A DNA stretch of 24,805 nt from Candidatus Izemoplasmatales bacterium (GTDB taxonomy: Bacteria > Bacillota_I > Bacilli_A > Izemoplasmatales > Hujiaoplasmataceae): positions 1,563 to 26,367 of the forward strand of contig JBFXGX010000025.1 in assembly GCA_050177605.1 (NCBI GenBank). Direction: 5' to 3'. Positions 1 through 8,738 of this stretch are shown here, one piece after another. Under the pieces are notes generated by a model. The model was not told the origin of the DNA and searched no databases. It worked only from the letters and a program-made list of their open reading frames with translations. Both the position numbers and the translations under genes were made by a program. Numbering within the stretch: the stretch's first letter is position 1; each line of letters opens with the position of its first letter.

Positions 1-1952
1 GAATACTTGAATCCAATGTTTTTCATCTTATCAAGCATTTTTGATGTTTCGTTAATTTTATATTGAGCAAAGATTTGCGCAATGATTAAGGATAAGAATT
101 TTTTCTTAAATGGTGATACTTCTGGTAAAGCAGCAATCGCTTTTTTAATATTCGTTCCAGGTTTTAAGAAATACTTTGTCGGTGTTGCTACTTCTAAGTT
201 TTCTTTTGATGGTTCGTTAATATAAGGGAAGGTTGCTGGTAAGATTTCATTGAAAATGAGTTTACCAGGTGTTGTCACAAGGTAATAATCTTTGAATTCT
301 TCCGCAAGAGGATGATCTAAAGATGTTGTTTTAATCGCAATTCTTGTATGAAGCGTGACTCTTTTATTTTCATAAGCTAAGATTACTTCATCAATGTTAC
401 GATAGACACTACCTTCACCACTCTCTCCAGCTTTTTCAAGTGTTAAGTAATAGTTACCAAGAACCATATCTTGAGATGGCGTAACAACTGGTTTTCCATC
501 TTTAGGGTTCAAGATGTTGTTTGAAGCGAGCATTAATACTCTTGCTTCTGCTTGTGCTTCTTCAGATAAAGGAACGTGAACCGCCATTTGGTCACCATCG
601 AAGTCGGCGTTGAACGCTGTCGTTACGAGTGGGTGAAGACGAATTGCTTTTCCTTCGACAAGTTTAGGTTCAAATGCTTGAATACCTAAACGGTGAAGTG
701 TAGGAGCACGGTTTAATAAGACTGGATGTTCTCTGATGACATCTTCTAATACGCCCCAGATACGTCCGTCTAATTTTTCAATATATTGTTTTGCCATACG
801 GATATTTGCCGCAATACCTCTTGAAATCATTTCGCGGATAACGAAAGGTTTGAAAAGGATGATAGCCATTTCTTTAGGCAATCCACATTGATACATTTCT
901 AAGTCTGGTCCAACAACGATAACGCTACGTCCAGAATAGTCAACACGTTTTCCAAGTAAGTTTTGACGGAAACGACCTTGTTTACCTCTTAACATATCAG
1001 AAAGAGATTTTAACGCTCTGTTTCTTTCAACAACTACTTTTCTTCCGCGTTTTGAATTGTCGATTAATGCATCAACAGCTTCTTGTAACATACGTTTTTC
1101 GTTCTTCGTGATAAGGTGAGGAGCACCTTGTTCAAATTGACGTTTTAAACGGTTGTTACGGTTTAAGATACGACGGTATAAGTCATTTAAGTCGGTAGTC
1201 GCGAAACGACCTCCATCTAATTGAACCATTGGTCTTAAATCAGGTGGAATAACTGGTAATACTTCTAAAACCATCCATTCCGGTAAGTTATCGCTATTTT
1301 TGAACGCTTCGACAACATTTAAACGTTTAATAATTTTTTCGCGTCTTTGTTTTGAAGCTGTTTTTAACTCGATACGTAGAGCAAGTGTTTCTTTCTCAAG
1401 ATCAATTTTCTTAAGTAAATATTTCACTGCTTCAGCACCTGTTAATGCTTTAAAGCGAGAACCGTATTCAAAATAATAATGTGTGTAATCTGCTTCAGAT
1501 AAGATTTGTTTAAAGGTTAAATCTGTATCTCCAGCATCTACCACGATGTAAGATGCTAAGTAGACAACTTCTTCTAAGTCTTTCGATTTTATATCTAATA
1601 AAATAGCAAGACGAGAAGGTGAGTTTCTTAAATACCATGCATGAACGACTGGAGCAGCAAGTTCAATGTGCCCCATTCTTTCACGACGTACTTTACTTTC
1701 CGTATATTCAACACCACAAACTGGACATTTTTTTCCTGGATGTGCACTTCTTTTAGATTTATTCGAGCAAGCACATTGATAATCTTTGGTTGGTCCAAAA
1801 ATTACTTCGCAGAATAATCCGTCTTTTTCTGGTTTCAATGTACGGTAATTGATTGTTTCATGCTTTTTTACTTCACCGTAAGACCAACTTCTGATTTCTT
1901 CAGGAGAGGCAAGTCTTATCTTTAAATGAGAATATTTTTGGCTCATTAACAT
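1..1952 (-). CDS. rpoC: DNA-directed RNA polymerase beta' subunit, 5' part (truncated by window edge)
   Basis: Not in the ORF track. Manual translation: [54 protein letters not shown], Zn-ribbon [45 protein letters not shown], and catalytic NADFDGD (~592-612). SD GAAAGGT lies just after the rpoB stop. Start is ATG 1952 (alternative ATG 1946). Confidence 0.99.
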   Translation of the reverse strand, partial: MLMSQKYSHLKIRLASPEEIRSWSYGEVKKHETINYRTLKPEKDGLFCEVIFGPTKDYQCACSNKSKRSAHPGKKCPVCGVEYTESKVRRERMGHIELAAPVVHAWYLRNSPSRLAILLDIKSKDLEEVVYLASYIVVDAGDTDLTFKQILSEADYTHYYFEYGSRFKALTGAEAVKYLLKKIDLEKETLALRIELKTASKQRREKIIKRLNVVEAFKNSDNLPEWMVLEVLPVIPPDLRPMVQLDGGRFATTDLNDLYRRILNRNNRLKRQFEQGAPHLITKNEKRMLQEAVDALIDNSKRGRKVVVERNRALKSLSDMLRGKQGRFRQNLLGKRVDYSGRSVIVVGPDLEMYQCGLPKEMAIILFKPFVIREMISRGIAANIRMAKQYIEKLDGRIWGVLEDVIREHPVLLNRAPTLHRLGIQAFEPKLVEGKAIRLHPLVTTAFNADFDGDQMAVHVPLSEEAQAEARVLMLASNNILNPKDGKPVVTPSQDMVLGNYYLTLEKAGESGEGSVYRNIDEVILAYENKRVTLHTRIAIKTTSLDHPLAEEFKDYYLVTTPGKLIFNEILPATFPYINEPSKENLEVATPTKYFLKPGTNIKKAIAALPEVSPFKKKFLSLIIAQIFAQYKINETSKMLDKMKNIGFKY

Positions 1953-1964
1953 TCACTACCTTTC

Positions 1965-4900
1965 TTAGGATTTGAAACCATATTTTGTGATGTAGTCTTC
2001 AACGTCATCATCCACTAAGGATTTGTTGACTTCGTTGGTTCCTGAATCACGATTAATTAATTCAACATAGATACCAAGGGAACGAAGTTCTCTTGTTAAT
2101 ACTCTAAAGGATTCTGGTAACGATGGATCAGGAATTGGTTGTCCATCGACAATCGCTCTAAAGACTTTGTTTCTACCGATAATATCATCAGATTTTACTG
2201 TTAACATTTCTTGTAATGTGTATGCAGCGCCATAGGCTTCTAATGCCCAAACTTCCATTTCTCCGAAACGTTGTCCACCATTTTGAGCTTTACCACCCAT
2301 TGGTTGTTGCGTTACTAAAGTATATGGACCTACGCTACGTGCATGTAGCTTATCATCAACCATGTGGTCAAGTTTAATCATATACATAACACCCACAGAA
2401 ACGCGGTTGTCAAATTTATCTCCAGTACGTCCATCATATAGAACGTATTTACCATCTGGATCCATTCCAGCTTCAGCCATAATATCATTTAAGTCTTCTT
2501 GTGTAACACCATCAAATACTGGTGTAGCAACATGGATACCTAAACGTTTAGCAGCCATTCCAAGATGGATTTCTAAAACTTGTCCGATATTCATACGAGA
2601 AGGAACACCGAGCGGATTTAACATGATATCTACTGGTGTACCATCACTTAAGTATGGCATATCTTCACTTGGTAATATTTTCGAGATAACACCTTTGTTT
2701 CCATGACGTCCAGCCATTTTATCCCCTTCAGAGATTTTACGTTTTTGAACGATGTAAACACGTACAACGGTATTTACTCCAGGAGATAATTCATCTTCTT
2801 CTCTTGTAAATACTTTTACGGAGTGAACGATACCGCCACCACCATGAGGTACTCTTAAGGATGTATCGCGAACTTCTCTTGATTTTTCACCGAAGATGGC
2901 TAGTAATAAACGATCTTCTGGTGTTGGATCTGTTACACCTTTTGGTGTTACTTTTCCAACTAAGATGTCGCCTTCTTTTACTTCGGCTCCAGGAATGATA
3001 ATTCCGTGGTCATCAAGATATTTTCTTCCTTCGTCTCCGACGTTAGGAATTTCGCGTGTAATTTCTTCTTTTCCAAGTTTAGTGTCACGAGCTTCAATTT
3101 CATATTTTTCAATGTGGATTGAAGTATAGACATCGTCTCTTACAAGACGTTCATTCATGATAACAGCATCTTCATAGTTGTATCCATTCCATGTCATGAA
3201 TGCGACCACAACGTTTCTACCAAGTGCTAATTCTCCGTCTTCCATGGAAGGACCGTCAGCGATAATGTCACCTTTTTTAACGATTTCTCCAAGTTCAACG
3301 ATTGGTTTTTGGTTGATGCAAGTTCCTTGGTTACTTCTTCTGAATTTTTGTAATGGATATTCATCGAATGTTCCATCTTCAACTCTAACTTTTACTCTGT
3401 AACCATCCACGTGTTCAATCACACCATCTCTTTGACAGATAACAGATGTTCCTGAATCATGGGCTGTAATGTATTCAATACCTGTACCAACGAATGGCGC
3501 CTCAGGTTTTAATAGTGGGATTGCTTGACGTTGCATGTTGGCACCCATAAGCGCACGGTTAGCATCATCATGTTCTAAGAATGGAATACAAGATGTTGAA
3601 ATTGAGACGATTTGTTTTGGAGAAACGTCCATGTATTCACATTTTGCTTTATCCACAATTTTCGTTTCGCCTAAATGACGAGCGACGACTCTATCTTCCA
3701 TAATCGTCATATCATCATTTAACTTCACGTTCGCTTGCGCAATTGTGAATTTTTGTTCTTGATCAGCCGTTAAGTAATCCACTTGGTCAGTGACTTTACC
3801 TGTTTTCGAATCAATACGTAAATATGGTGTTTCCATAAATCCATATTTATTGACTTTAACATAACATGCTAAACTGTTGATCAAACCAATGTTTTGACCT
3901 TCTGGTGTTTCAATCGGACAAATTCTTCCATAGTGAGATTGATGAACGTCACGAACTTCGAATCCTGCACGGTCTCTGGTTAACCCACCAGGTCCAAGGG
4001 CAGAAATTCTTCTCTTATGTGTAATTTCATCAAGAGGGTTGGTTTGTTGCATGAATTGTGATAACTGAGAACTTCCGAAGAATTCTTTAAGTGAACTTGT
4101 TAAAGGACGAATGTTAACTAAGTTTTGAGGAGTCATTTCTTTTGAATCCTTTGTTGACATTCTATCTTTAACATTCTTTTCCATTTTGGCTAAACCAATA
4201 CGGAATTGATTTTTAAGTAATTCGCCGATTAATCTTAAACGACGGTTACCTAAATGGTCGATATCATCTAAAGAACCGATACGATCAAATAAGTTTAGGT
4301 AGTAAGAGATACTAGCAATCATATCAGATGTTGTGATATGTAATCTTGTTTCGTAACTATTGTTCCCTAATAAACGAACTTGTTTTTCAGTTCCATTATA
4401 AGCAACTTTTAAATCAAGCATTTCAACAAACACATCTCTAACAACGTTTTGAATGAAATCTTCATTTGAGTTTTCTTGTGGTAATTCTTTTCTTGCTTCT
4501 CGATCAAGAAGTAATTGTAATTCTTTTTCTAAGATGTCGTCAAAAACAACACGTTCAGTGTATAATTTGCGAGAATCTCTAAGTTTTGGAAGTGTATCGA
4601 AAGTAATGACTTGATTCTTTTCGAACAAGATTTCTCCAGTTTCATTATCAACGATGTCCTTCGCGAACTTCACTTCAACACCACGGTCAAGTAATTGACG
4701 AATTCTTGTAACGACGTCTAGTTTTTGATTGACCTTAAAACGTCCAACTTCAGCTAAGTCATAACGTTTTTCATCGTATAATCTTGATACGAAGAAACTT
4801 CTAGCACCTTCAACAGTTGCTGTTTCACCTTGACGAATCTTCGCATAAACTTCTTTCATTGCATCTTCAGAGTTTAATGTTACATCTTTATCATAAGTGT

Positions 4901-5591
4901 TTTCTAGTAATTCATTATCGCCAAAAAGATTAAAGATTTGTTCTTTCGTTGAAAGACCTAGTGCTTTAATCATCGTTGTTAAATAAATCTTTTTGGATCT
5001 ATCAATCTTAGCGTATAAGATATCTTTAGAACCCATTTCGTATTCTAGCCAAGCACCACGAGTAGGGATAACTTGTCCTAAATACTTTCTTTGGAGTGTT
5101 TTCTTATCGACTTCTTCAGAATAGAAAACGCCAGAACTTCTAACGATTTGTGAAACGATAACACGTTCTGAACCGTTGATAATAAAAGTACCAACTGGTG
5201 TCATCATAGGAATATCTCCCATGAAGATTTTTTGTTCTTTAATTGAATCTTGAGAAACTAATTCACCGGTTTCAGCATCAATCATATCTTTGTTTCTGAG
5301 TTGAACACGAACTTTTAGAGGACGAGAATATGTTAAATCCTTTTCCTTACATTGTTCTACAGTGTATTTTGGTTCTTCTAATTCATAATCCTTGAAGTAG
5401 AGTTCCAAATTTTCTGTAAAGTTCGTGATTGGTGAAATGTCTTCAAACAATTCACCTAATCCAGTTTTAACAAACCAATCAAATGAAGATGTTTGGACTT
5501 CAATCAAATTTGGAAGATCCACATTTGATTTGACACGCGAGTAATTTCTTCTAGTTCGCTTTTTTCCGTAAGTAACGGTTTTGTAATCCAC
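1965..5591 (-). CDS. rpoB: DNA-directed RNA polymerase beta subunit (1208 aa)
   Basis: Motifs [44 protein letters not shown]. Start reassigned to GTG at 5591, preceded by SD GGGGTGA. The track's extra 25 aa run through the promoter-proximal leader. Confidence 0.99.
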   Translation of the reverse strand: MDYKTVTYGKKRTRRNYSRVKSNVDLPNLIEVQTSSFDWFVKTGLGELFEDISPITNFTENLELYFKDYELEEPKYTVEQCKEKDLTYSRPLKVRVQLRNKDMIDAETGELVSQDSIKEQKIFMGDIPMMTPVGTFIINGSERVIVSQIVRSSGVFYSEEVDKKTLQRKYLGQVIPTRGAWLEYEMGSKDILYAKIDRSKKIYLTTMIKALGLSTKEQIFNLFGDNELLENTYDKDVTLNSEDAMKEVYAKIRQGETATVEGARSFFVSRLYDEKRYDLAEVGRFKVNQKLDVVTRIRQLLDRGVEVKFAKDIVDNETGEILFEKNQVITFDTLPKLRDSRKLYTERVVFDDILEKELQLLLDREARKELPQENSNEDFIQNVVRDVFVEMLDLKVAYNGTEKQVRLLGNNSYETRLHITTSDMIASISYYLNLFDRIGSLDDIDHLGNRRLRLIGELLKNQFRIGLAKMEKNVKDRMSTKDSKEMTPQNLVNIRPLTSSLKEFFGSSQLSQFMQQTNPLDEITHKRRISALGPGGLTRDRAGFEVRDVHQSHYGRICPIETPEGQNIGLINSLACYVKVNKYGFMETPYLRIDSKTGKVTDQVDYLTADQEQKFTIAQANVKLNDDMTIMEDRVVARHLGETKIVDKAKCEYMDVSPKQIVSISTSCIPFLEHDDANRALMGANMQRQAIPLLKPEAPFVGTGIEYITAHDSGTSVICQRDGVIEHVDGYRVKVRVEDGTFDEYPLQKFRRSNQGTCINQKPIVELGEIVKKGDIIADGPSMEDGELALGRNVVVAFMTWNGYNYEDAVIMNERLVRDDVYTSIHIEKYEIEARDTKLGKEEITREIPNVGDEGRKYLDDHGIIIPGAEVKEGDILVGKVTPKGVTDPTPEDRLLLAIFGEKSREVRDTSLRVPHGGGGIVHSVKVFTREEDELSPGVNTVVRVYIVQKRKISEGDKMAGRHGNKGVISKILPSEDMPYLSDGTPVDIMLNPLGVPSRMNIGQVLEIHLGMAAKRLGIHVATPVFDGVTQEDLNDIMAEAGMDPDGKYVLYDGRTGDKFDNRVSVGVMYMIKLDHMVDDKLHARSVGPYTLVTQQPMGGKAQNGGQRFGEMEVWALEAYGAAYTLQEMLTVKSDDIIGRNKVFRAIVDGQPIPDPSLPESFRVLTRELRSLGIYVELINRDSGTNEVNKSLVDDDVEDYITKYGFKS

Positions 5592-5682
5592 AAAATCACC
5601 CCAATATATCTTTATATTTTTTCGTTGTTTCCACGCATTAAATGTAATAAACGCAAAAATGCGCATTCTATCGCATTTAAAT

Positions 5683-5711
5683 ATTTTATCACTGTGTAGT
5701 CAAATAGTCAA
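5683..5711 (-). promoter_or_regulatory. sigma-A type promoter for rpoBC
   Basis: TTGACT (5711-5706), 17 nt, then TGa-TAAAAT (5688-5683) with extended -10, immediately after the methyltransferase stop codon. Confidence 0.75.
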
Positions 5712-6296
5712 CTATTTTTCACATTTAATAACATAATACCCTGATTTTTTTTCAATCACTTCAACAGAAGGAAAAATTCCTTCAAGTTCTTTGATTGCGG
5801 AAGGTGCTCCTTGTTTTTTTTGAATAACCAAAAAGAATCTACCGCCATCGACTAAATGAGCTTTCGCCTGATGAAACCAAGGATAGTATACACTTTTACC
5901 AGCTCTGATAGGTGGATTGGTGATAATTGTATCAAATTCACCAACAACTTTCTCAAAACCATCACTATGTAAAGCTTCAATTATTGCTTTGTTTTTGCGG
6001 GCATTAGACTTTGATAGAGACCAAGCGCGCTCATTGATTTCAGCTGAAGTAACTTTACATCCTTTGACTTTTTGAACGATGATCGCAATCGGACCATACC
6101 CGGCACCTAAGTCAAGAACTTTTTCCATAGGAAAAGAAAGTATGGCTTCTAGGAGAACTCTTGTACCAAAATCAAGACCCTGCATAGAAAACACGCCGTG
6201 GTCAGTCTCAAAGGTATAACTCTTTCCTAAAATCGATACTTTTATTTCTTGAACATTCGATAATGTGTCATCTTGATTACTTGAATAGTAGTGCAT
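5712..6296 (-). CDS. Class I SAM-dependent methyltransferase, RsmC/YbxB (MTS) family
   Basis: GVFS..GLDFGTRVLL, VLDLGAGYG SAM motif and TNPPIRAGK. Conserved position between rplL and rpoB (B. subtilis ybxB). SD GGGAG. Confidence 0.92.
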   Translation of the reverse strand: MHYYSSNQDDTLSNVQEIKVSILGKSYTFETDHGVFSMQGLDFGTRVLLEAILSFPMEKVLDLGAGYGPIAIIVQKVKGCKVTSAEINERAWSLSKSNARKNKAIIEALHSDGFEKVVGEFDTIITNPPIRAGKSVYYPWFHQAKAHLVDGGRFFLVIQKKQGAPSAIKELEGIFPSVEVIEKKSGYYVIKCEK

Positions 6297-6320
6297 TTTT
6301 TGGTTCTCCCTTAAAACACT

Positions 6321-6346
6321 AAAAACCTGAGATGAACTCAGGTTTT
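6321..6346 (-). terminator. Intrinsic terminator after rplL
   Basis: AAAACCTGAG-TTCAT-CTCAGGTTTTT hairpin with U-tract just downstream of the rplL stop. Confidence 0.85.
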
Positions 6347-6364
6347 AGTTTTAATTGAAAGTAA

Positions 6365-6739
6365 TTACTTTAATTCTACAGTAGCGCCAGCTTCAGTTAA
6401 TTTAGCAGCAAGTTCTTTTGCTTCGTCTTCTTTAACTTTTTCTTTGATTGCTTTTGGAGCAGCGTCAACTAAGTTTTTAGCTTCGATTAAGCCAAGGCCA
6501 GTGATTTCACGAACAACTTTGATAACTCCAACTTTTGAAGCACCAACGCTTGTTAATACTACGTCAAATTCTTTAGGTCCTTGTTCTTCAGCTTCAGCAG
6601 CAGCTGGAGCAGCAGCGACAGCAACAGCACTTGGATCAACACCAAATTCTTCTTTCATTGCGTCGATTAATTCTTTAATTTCTAAAATTGTCATTTCTTT
6701 TAATGATTCGATAAAATCTTTTGCAGTTAATTTTGCCAT
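6365..6739 (-). CDS. rplL: 50S ribosomal protein L7/L12
   Basis: EEFGV...AAVAVAAAP hinge and [20 protein letters not shown]...[16 protein letters not shown]. Confidence 0.99.
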   Translation of the reverse strand: MAKLTAKDFIESLKEMTILEIKELIDAMKEEFGVDPSAVAVAAAPAAAEAEEQGPKEFDVVLTSVGASKVGVIKVVREITGLGLIEAKNLVDAAPKAIKEKVKEDEAKELAAKLTEAGATVELK

Positions 6740-6758
6740 TTTTAATATCCTCCTATGA

Positions 6759-7250
6759 TTATTCTTTGTTTGCTAGCATATCTAATCCGATAGCTAAGTC
6801 TCTTAATGGTGCATATAATTGTGTTGCGAACATTGCTAGTAATGTATCTCTGTTTGGTAGTGATGCGATTTGTTTGATTTCAGCTGGATTGTAGTATCCA
6901 CCATCAACAACACCTGATTTTACTACAAGGTTAATGTTTTTCTTTGCGAAATCATGTAACACTTTTGCAGCAGAAACGCCGTCATTGTAAGATAGAACAA
7001 CTCCATTTGGTCCAACAAAGTCGTTTTGTAATTCATTAAATCCTAAGCTAGCAGCAGCTCTTCTTGAAATATTGTTTTTAGCAACAATTAATTCACATCC
7101 TTCTTTACGTAGTTGACGACGTAAAGTTTCAGTTTTTTCTACTGTTAGTCCACGATATTCAGCGATTACAACTGATTTTGCCTTTTCGAATTTAGCAGTT
7201 AACTCACTCACTGCCTCTTGTTTTAGGTTTAAAACTGATTCATTAGACAT
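6759..7250 (-). CDS. rplJ: 50S ribosomal protein L10
   Basis: EYRGLTV..LR..LR, VAKN and IASLP.R motifs. Upstream of rplL. SD AAGGAGGT. Confidence 0.98.
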   Translation of the reverse strand: MSNESVLNLKQEAVSELTAKFEKAKSVVIAEYRGLTVEKTETLRRQLRKEGCELIVAKNNISRRAAASLGFNELQNDFVGPNGVVLSYNDGVSAAKVLHDFAKKNINLVVKSGVVDGGYYNPAEIKQIASLPNRDTLLAMFATQLYAPLRDLAIGLDMLANKE

Positions 7251-7274
7251 ATGTTACCTCCTTATAAATGTCAT

Positions 7275-7307
7275 AAAAAAGAAAACCTCTTTTCGCGAGA
7301 AAAGAGG
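7275..7307 (-). terminator. Attenuator terminator of the L10 leader
   Basis: CCTCTTTTC-TCGC-GAAAAGAGG followed by TTTTCTTTTTT. Confidence 0.9.
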
Positions 7308-7380
7308 AATAAATAGACTTTATTTATTTCCTTTGTCTCGGTAGGAAATTAAGCTCATTGGCACCTACTGTCTACGATAA
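7275..7380 (-). promoter_or_regulatory. L10 leader (rplJL autoregulatory attenuator)
   Basis: mRNA CGUAGACAGUAGGU-GCCAAUGAGC-UUAAUUUCCUACCGAGA matches the L10(L12)4-binding kink-turn motif. It is followed by a candidate antiterminator (7306-7331) overlapping a terminator. Confidence 0.92.
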
Positions 7381-7409
7381 AGTTATTTATTTTTTTGTTT
7401 GTTTAAAAC

Positions 7410-8090
7410 TTAAGCTTCTACGTTAACGCCAGGTCCCATCGTTGATGAGATCGCAGCATTTTTCATGTAGACACCCTTCACTGTTGAAGGTTTTGCTTTA
7501 TTGATAACATCTAGAACAGCATGAATGTTGTCAACTAACTTGTCTGCTGTAAAAGATACTTTACCAACCACTGCTTGAATATTTCCGTTTTTATCAACAC
7601 GGTAAGTAATTTTCCCACCTTTTGATTCGGAAACAGCTTTTGCAACATCCATTGTAACCGTACCTGTTTTAGGGTTTGGCATTAAGCCTTTAGGTCCTAA
7701 TAAACGTCCGATTTTTCCAAGTGTCGCCATCATGTCTGGTGTTGCGATAACAACGTCAAAGTCAAACCATCCACCTTGGATTTTTGTAACTAAGTCATCA
7801 TCACCAACAAAGTCAGCGCCGGCTTCTGTTGCTTCTTTTGCTTTATCGCCTTTAGCGAAAACCAATACTCTTTTTTCTTTACCTGTTCCATGAGGTAATA
7901 CAAGAGCTCCACGAAGATTTTGCTCAGCCTTACGTGGGTCAAGGTTTAAGTTTAAGGCTAATTCTACAGATGCATCAAATTTTTCAAATGAGATTGCTTT
8001 TACAAGCTCAACTCCTTCAAGTAAAGGATATTTTTTATCTCTTGAAACTTTTGATAAAGCTTCTACATATTTTTTACCTTTTTTTGCCAC
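7410..8090 (-). CDS. rplA: 50S ribosomal protein L1
   Basis: [30 protein letters not shown] and SSTMGPG motifs. GTG start with SD GGAGG. Confidence 0.99.
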   Translation of the reverse strand: MAKKGKKYVEALSKVSRDKKYPLLEGVELVKAISFEKFDASVELALNLNLDPRKAEQNLRGALVLPHGTGKEKRVLVFAKGDKAKEATEAGADFVGDDDLVTKIQGGWFDFDVVIATPDMMATLGKIGRLLGPKGLMPNPKTGTVTMDVAKAVSESKGGKITYRVDKNGNIQAVVGKVSFTADKLVDNIHAVLDVINKAKPSTVKGVYMKNAAISSTMGPGVNVEA

Positions 8091-8109
8091 TTTAATTTCC
8101 TCCTATATC

Positions 8110-8134
8110 TGGTATTAGCGGAATGTCCTCCCAT
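8110..8134 (-). promoter_or_regulatory. L1-binding RNA site upstream of rplA
   Basis: AUGGGAGGACAUUCCGCUAAUACCA fits the GGGAG...(UAA)ACC L1-binding kink-turn mimic and lies directly 5' of the rplA SD. Confidence 0.75.
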
Positions 8135-8172
8135 TATATAGTTGTATATGATTTAACAACTAGTACAGTTAG

Positions 8173-8598
8173 TTAGTCAACTACGACAATTCCCATGTTT
8201 CTTGCTGATCCTGCTAAGATGCGAGCTGCTGCTTCAACATCGTTTGCATTTAAATCAGGCATTTTGACTGCAGCAAGTTCTAACAATTGAGCTTTTGTTA
8301 TAGTCGCTACTGTTTCTTTCTTTGAATTACTTGCACCCTTTTGAATTTTACATGCTTTCTTTAATAGGTCGCTTGCAGGTGGAGTTTTTGTAATAAATGT
8401 AAATGAACGGTCATCAAATACAGTAATTACAACCGGAATGACACTTCCTACTTGTTCCTTTGTACGATCATTGAATTGCACACAAAATTGTTGGATGTTT
8501 ACGCCTGCTTGTCCTAAAGCTGGTCCAATTGGTGGTGCTGGTGTTGCTTTTCCACCAGGGATTTGGAGTTTTACGACAGTTTTAATTTCTTTAGCCAC
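8173..8598 (-). CDS. rplK: 50S ribosomal protein L11 (141 aa)
   Basis: [21 protein letters not shown] and KMPDLNA...GSARNMG. Start reassigned to GTG 8598 because the track start at 8607 lies inside the SD AAGGAGGTG. Confidence 0.99.
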   Translation of the reverse strand: MAKEIKTVVKLQIPGGKATPAPPIGPALGQAGVNIQQFCVQFNDRTKEQVGSVIPVVITVFDDRSFTFITKTPPASDLLKKACKIQKGASNSKKETVATITKAQLLELAAVKMPDLNANDVEAAARILAGSARNMGIVVVD

Positions 8599-8624
8599 GA
8601 AAGACACCTCCTTAGTTTCGTGAT

Positions 8625-8652
8625 GTGGTTAATGGACCTTTTGTCCTCCCAC
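8625..8652 (-). promoter_or_regulatory. L1-binding RNA site in the rplK leader
   Basis: GUGGGAG-GAC-AAAAG-GUC-CAUUAACCAC, the canonical GUGGGAG...UAACCAC L1 regulatory site. Confidence 0.85.
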
Positions 8653-8681
8653 TCAAACGTGCTCCATACGCACGCTGTGAT

Positions 8682-8711
8682 ATTATACAACGTATTCTTG
8701 TGTTTTGTCAA
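8682..8711 (-). promoter_or_regulatory. sigma-A promoter for rplKA
   Basis: Perfect TTGACA (8711-8706), 18 nt, TATAAT (8687-8682), with an A-tract upstream. Confidence 0.85.
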
Positions 8712-8738
8712 GGTTTTTTTATTGTCAAAACTTACTTT

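Noticed and set aside
2362..3402. Plus-strand ORFs 2362-2706, 2896-3129 and 3178-3402
   Set aside because: Antisense shadows of rpoB codons, Ser/Pro-rich, with no SD or recognisable domain.
5592..5666. 25-aa N-terminal extension of RpoB given by the ORF track (likewise the extensions of rplK, cysS and the 604-aa ABC protein)
   Set aside because: Strong SD sequences and homology-consistent N-termini point to downstream starts (5591, 8598, 17894, 22979).
8133..8161. TATAAT upstream of rplA as an internal promoter
   Set aside because: No -35 at correct spacing or TGn motif, and a start here would cut through the L1-binding site.
6444..8623. Plus-strand ORFs 6444-6758 and 8438-8623
   Set aside because: Antisense to the highly biased rplL and rplK genes, a typical shadow-frame artefact.
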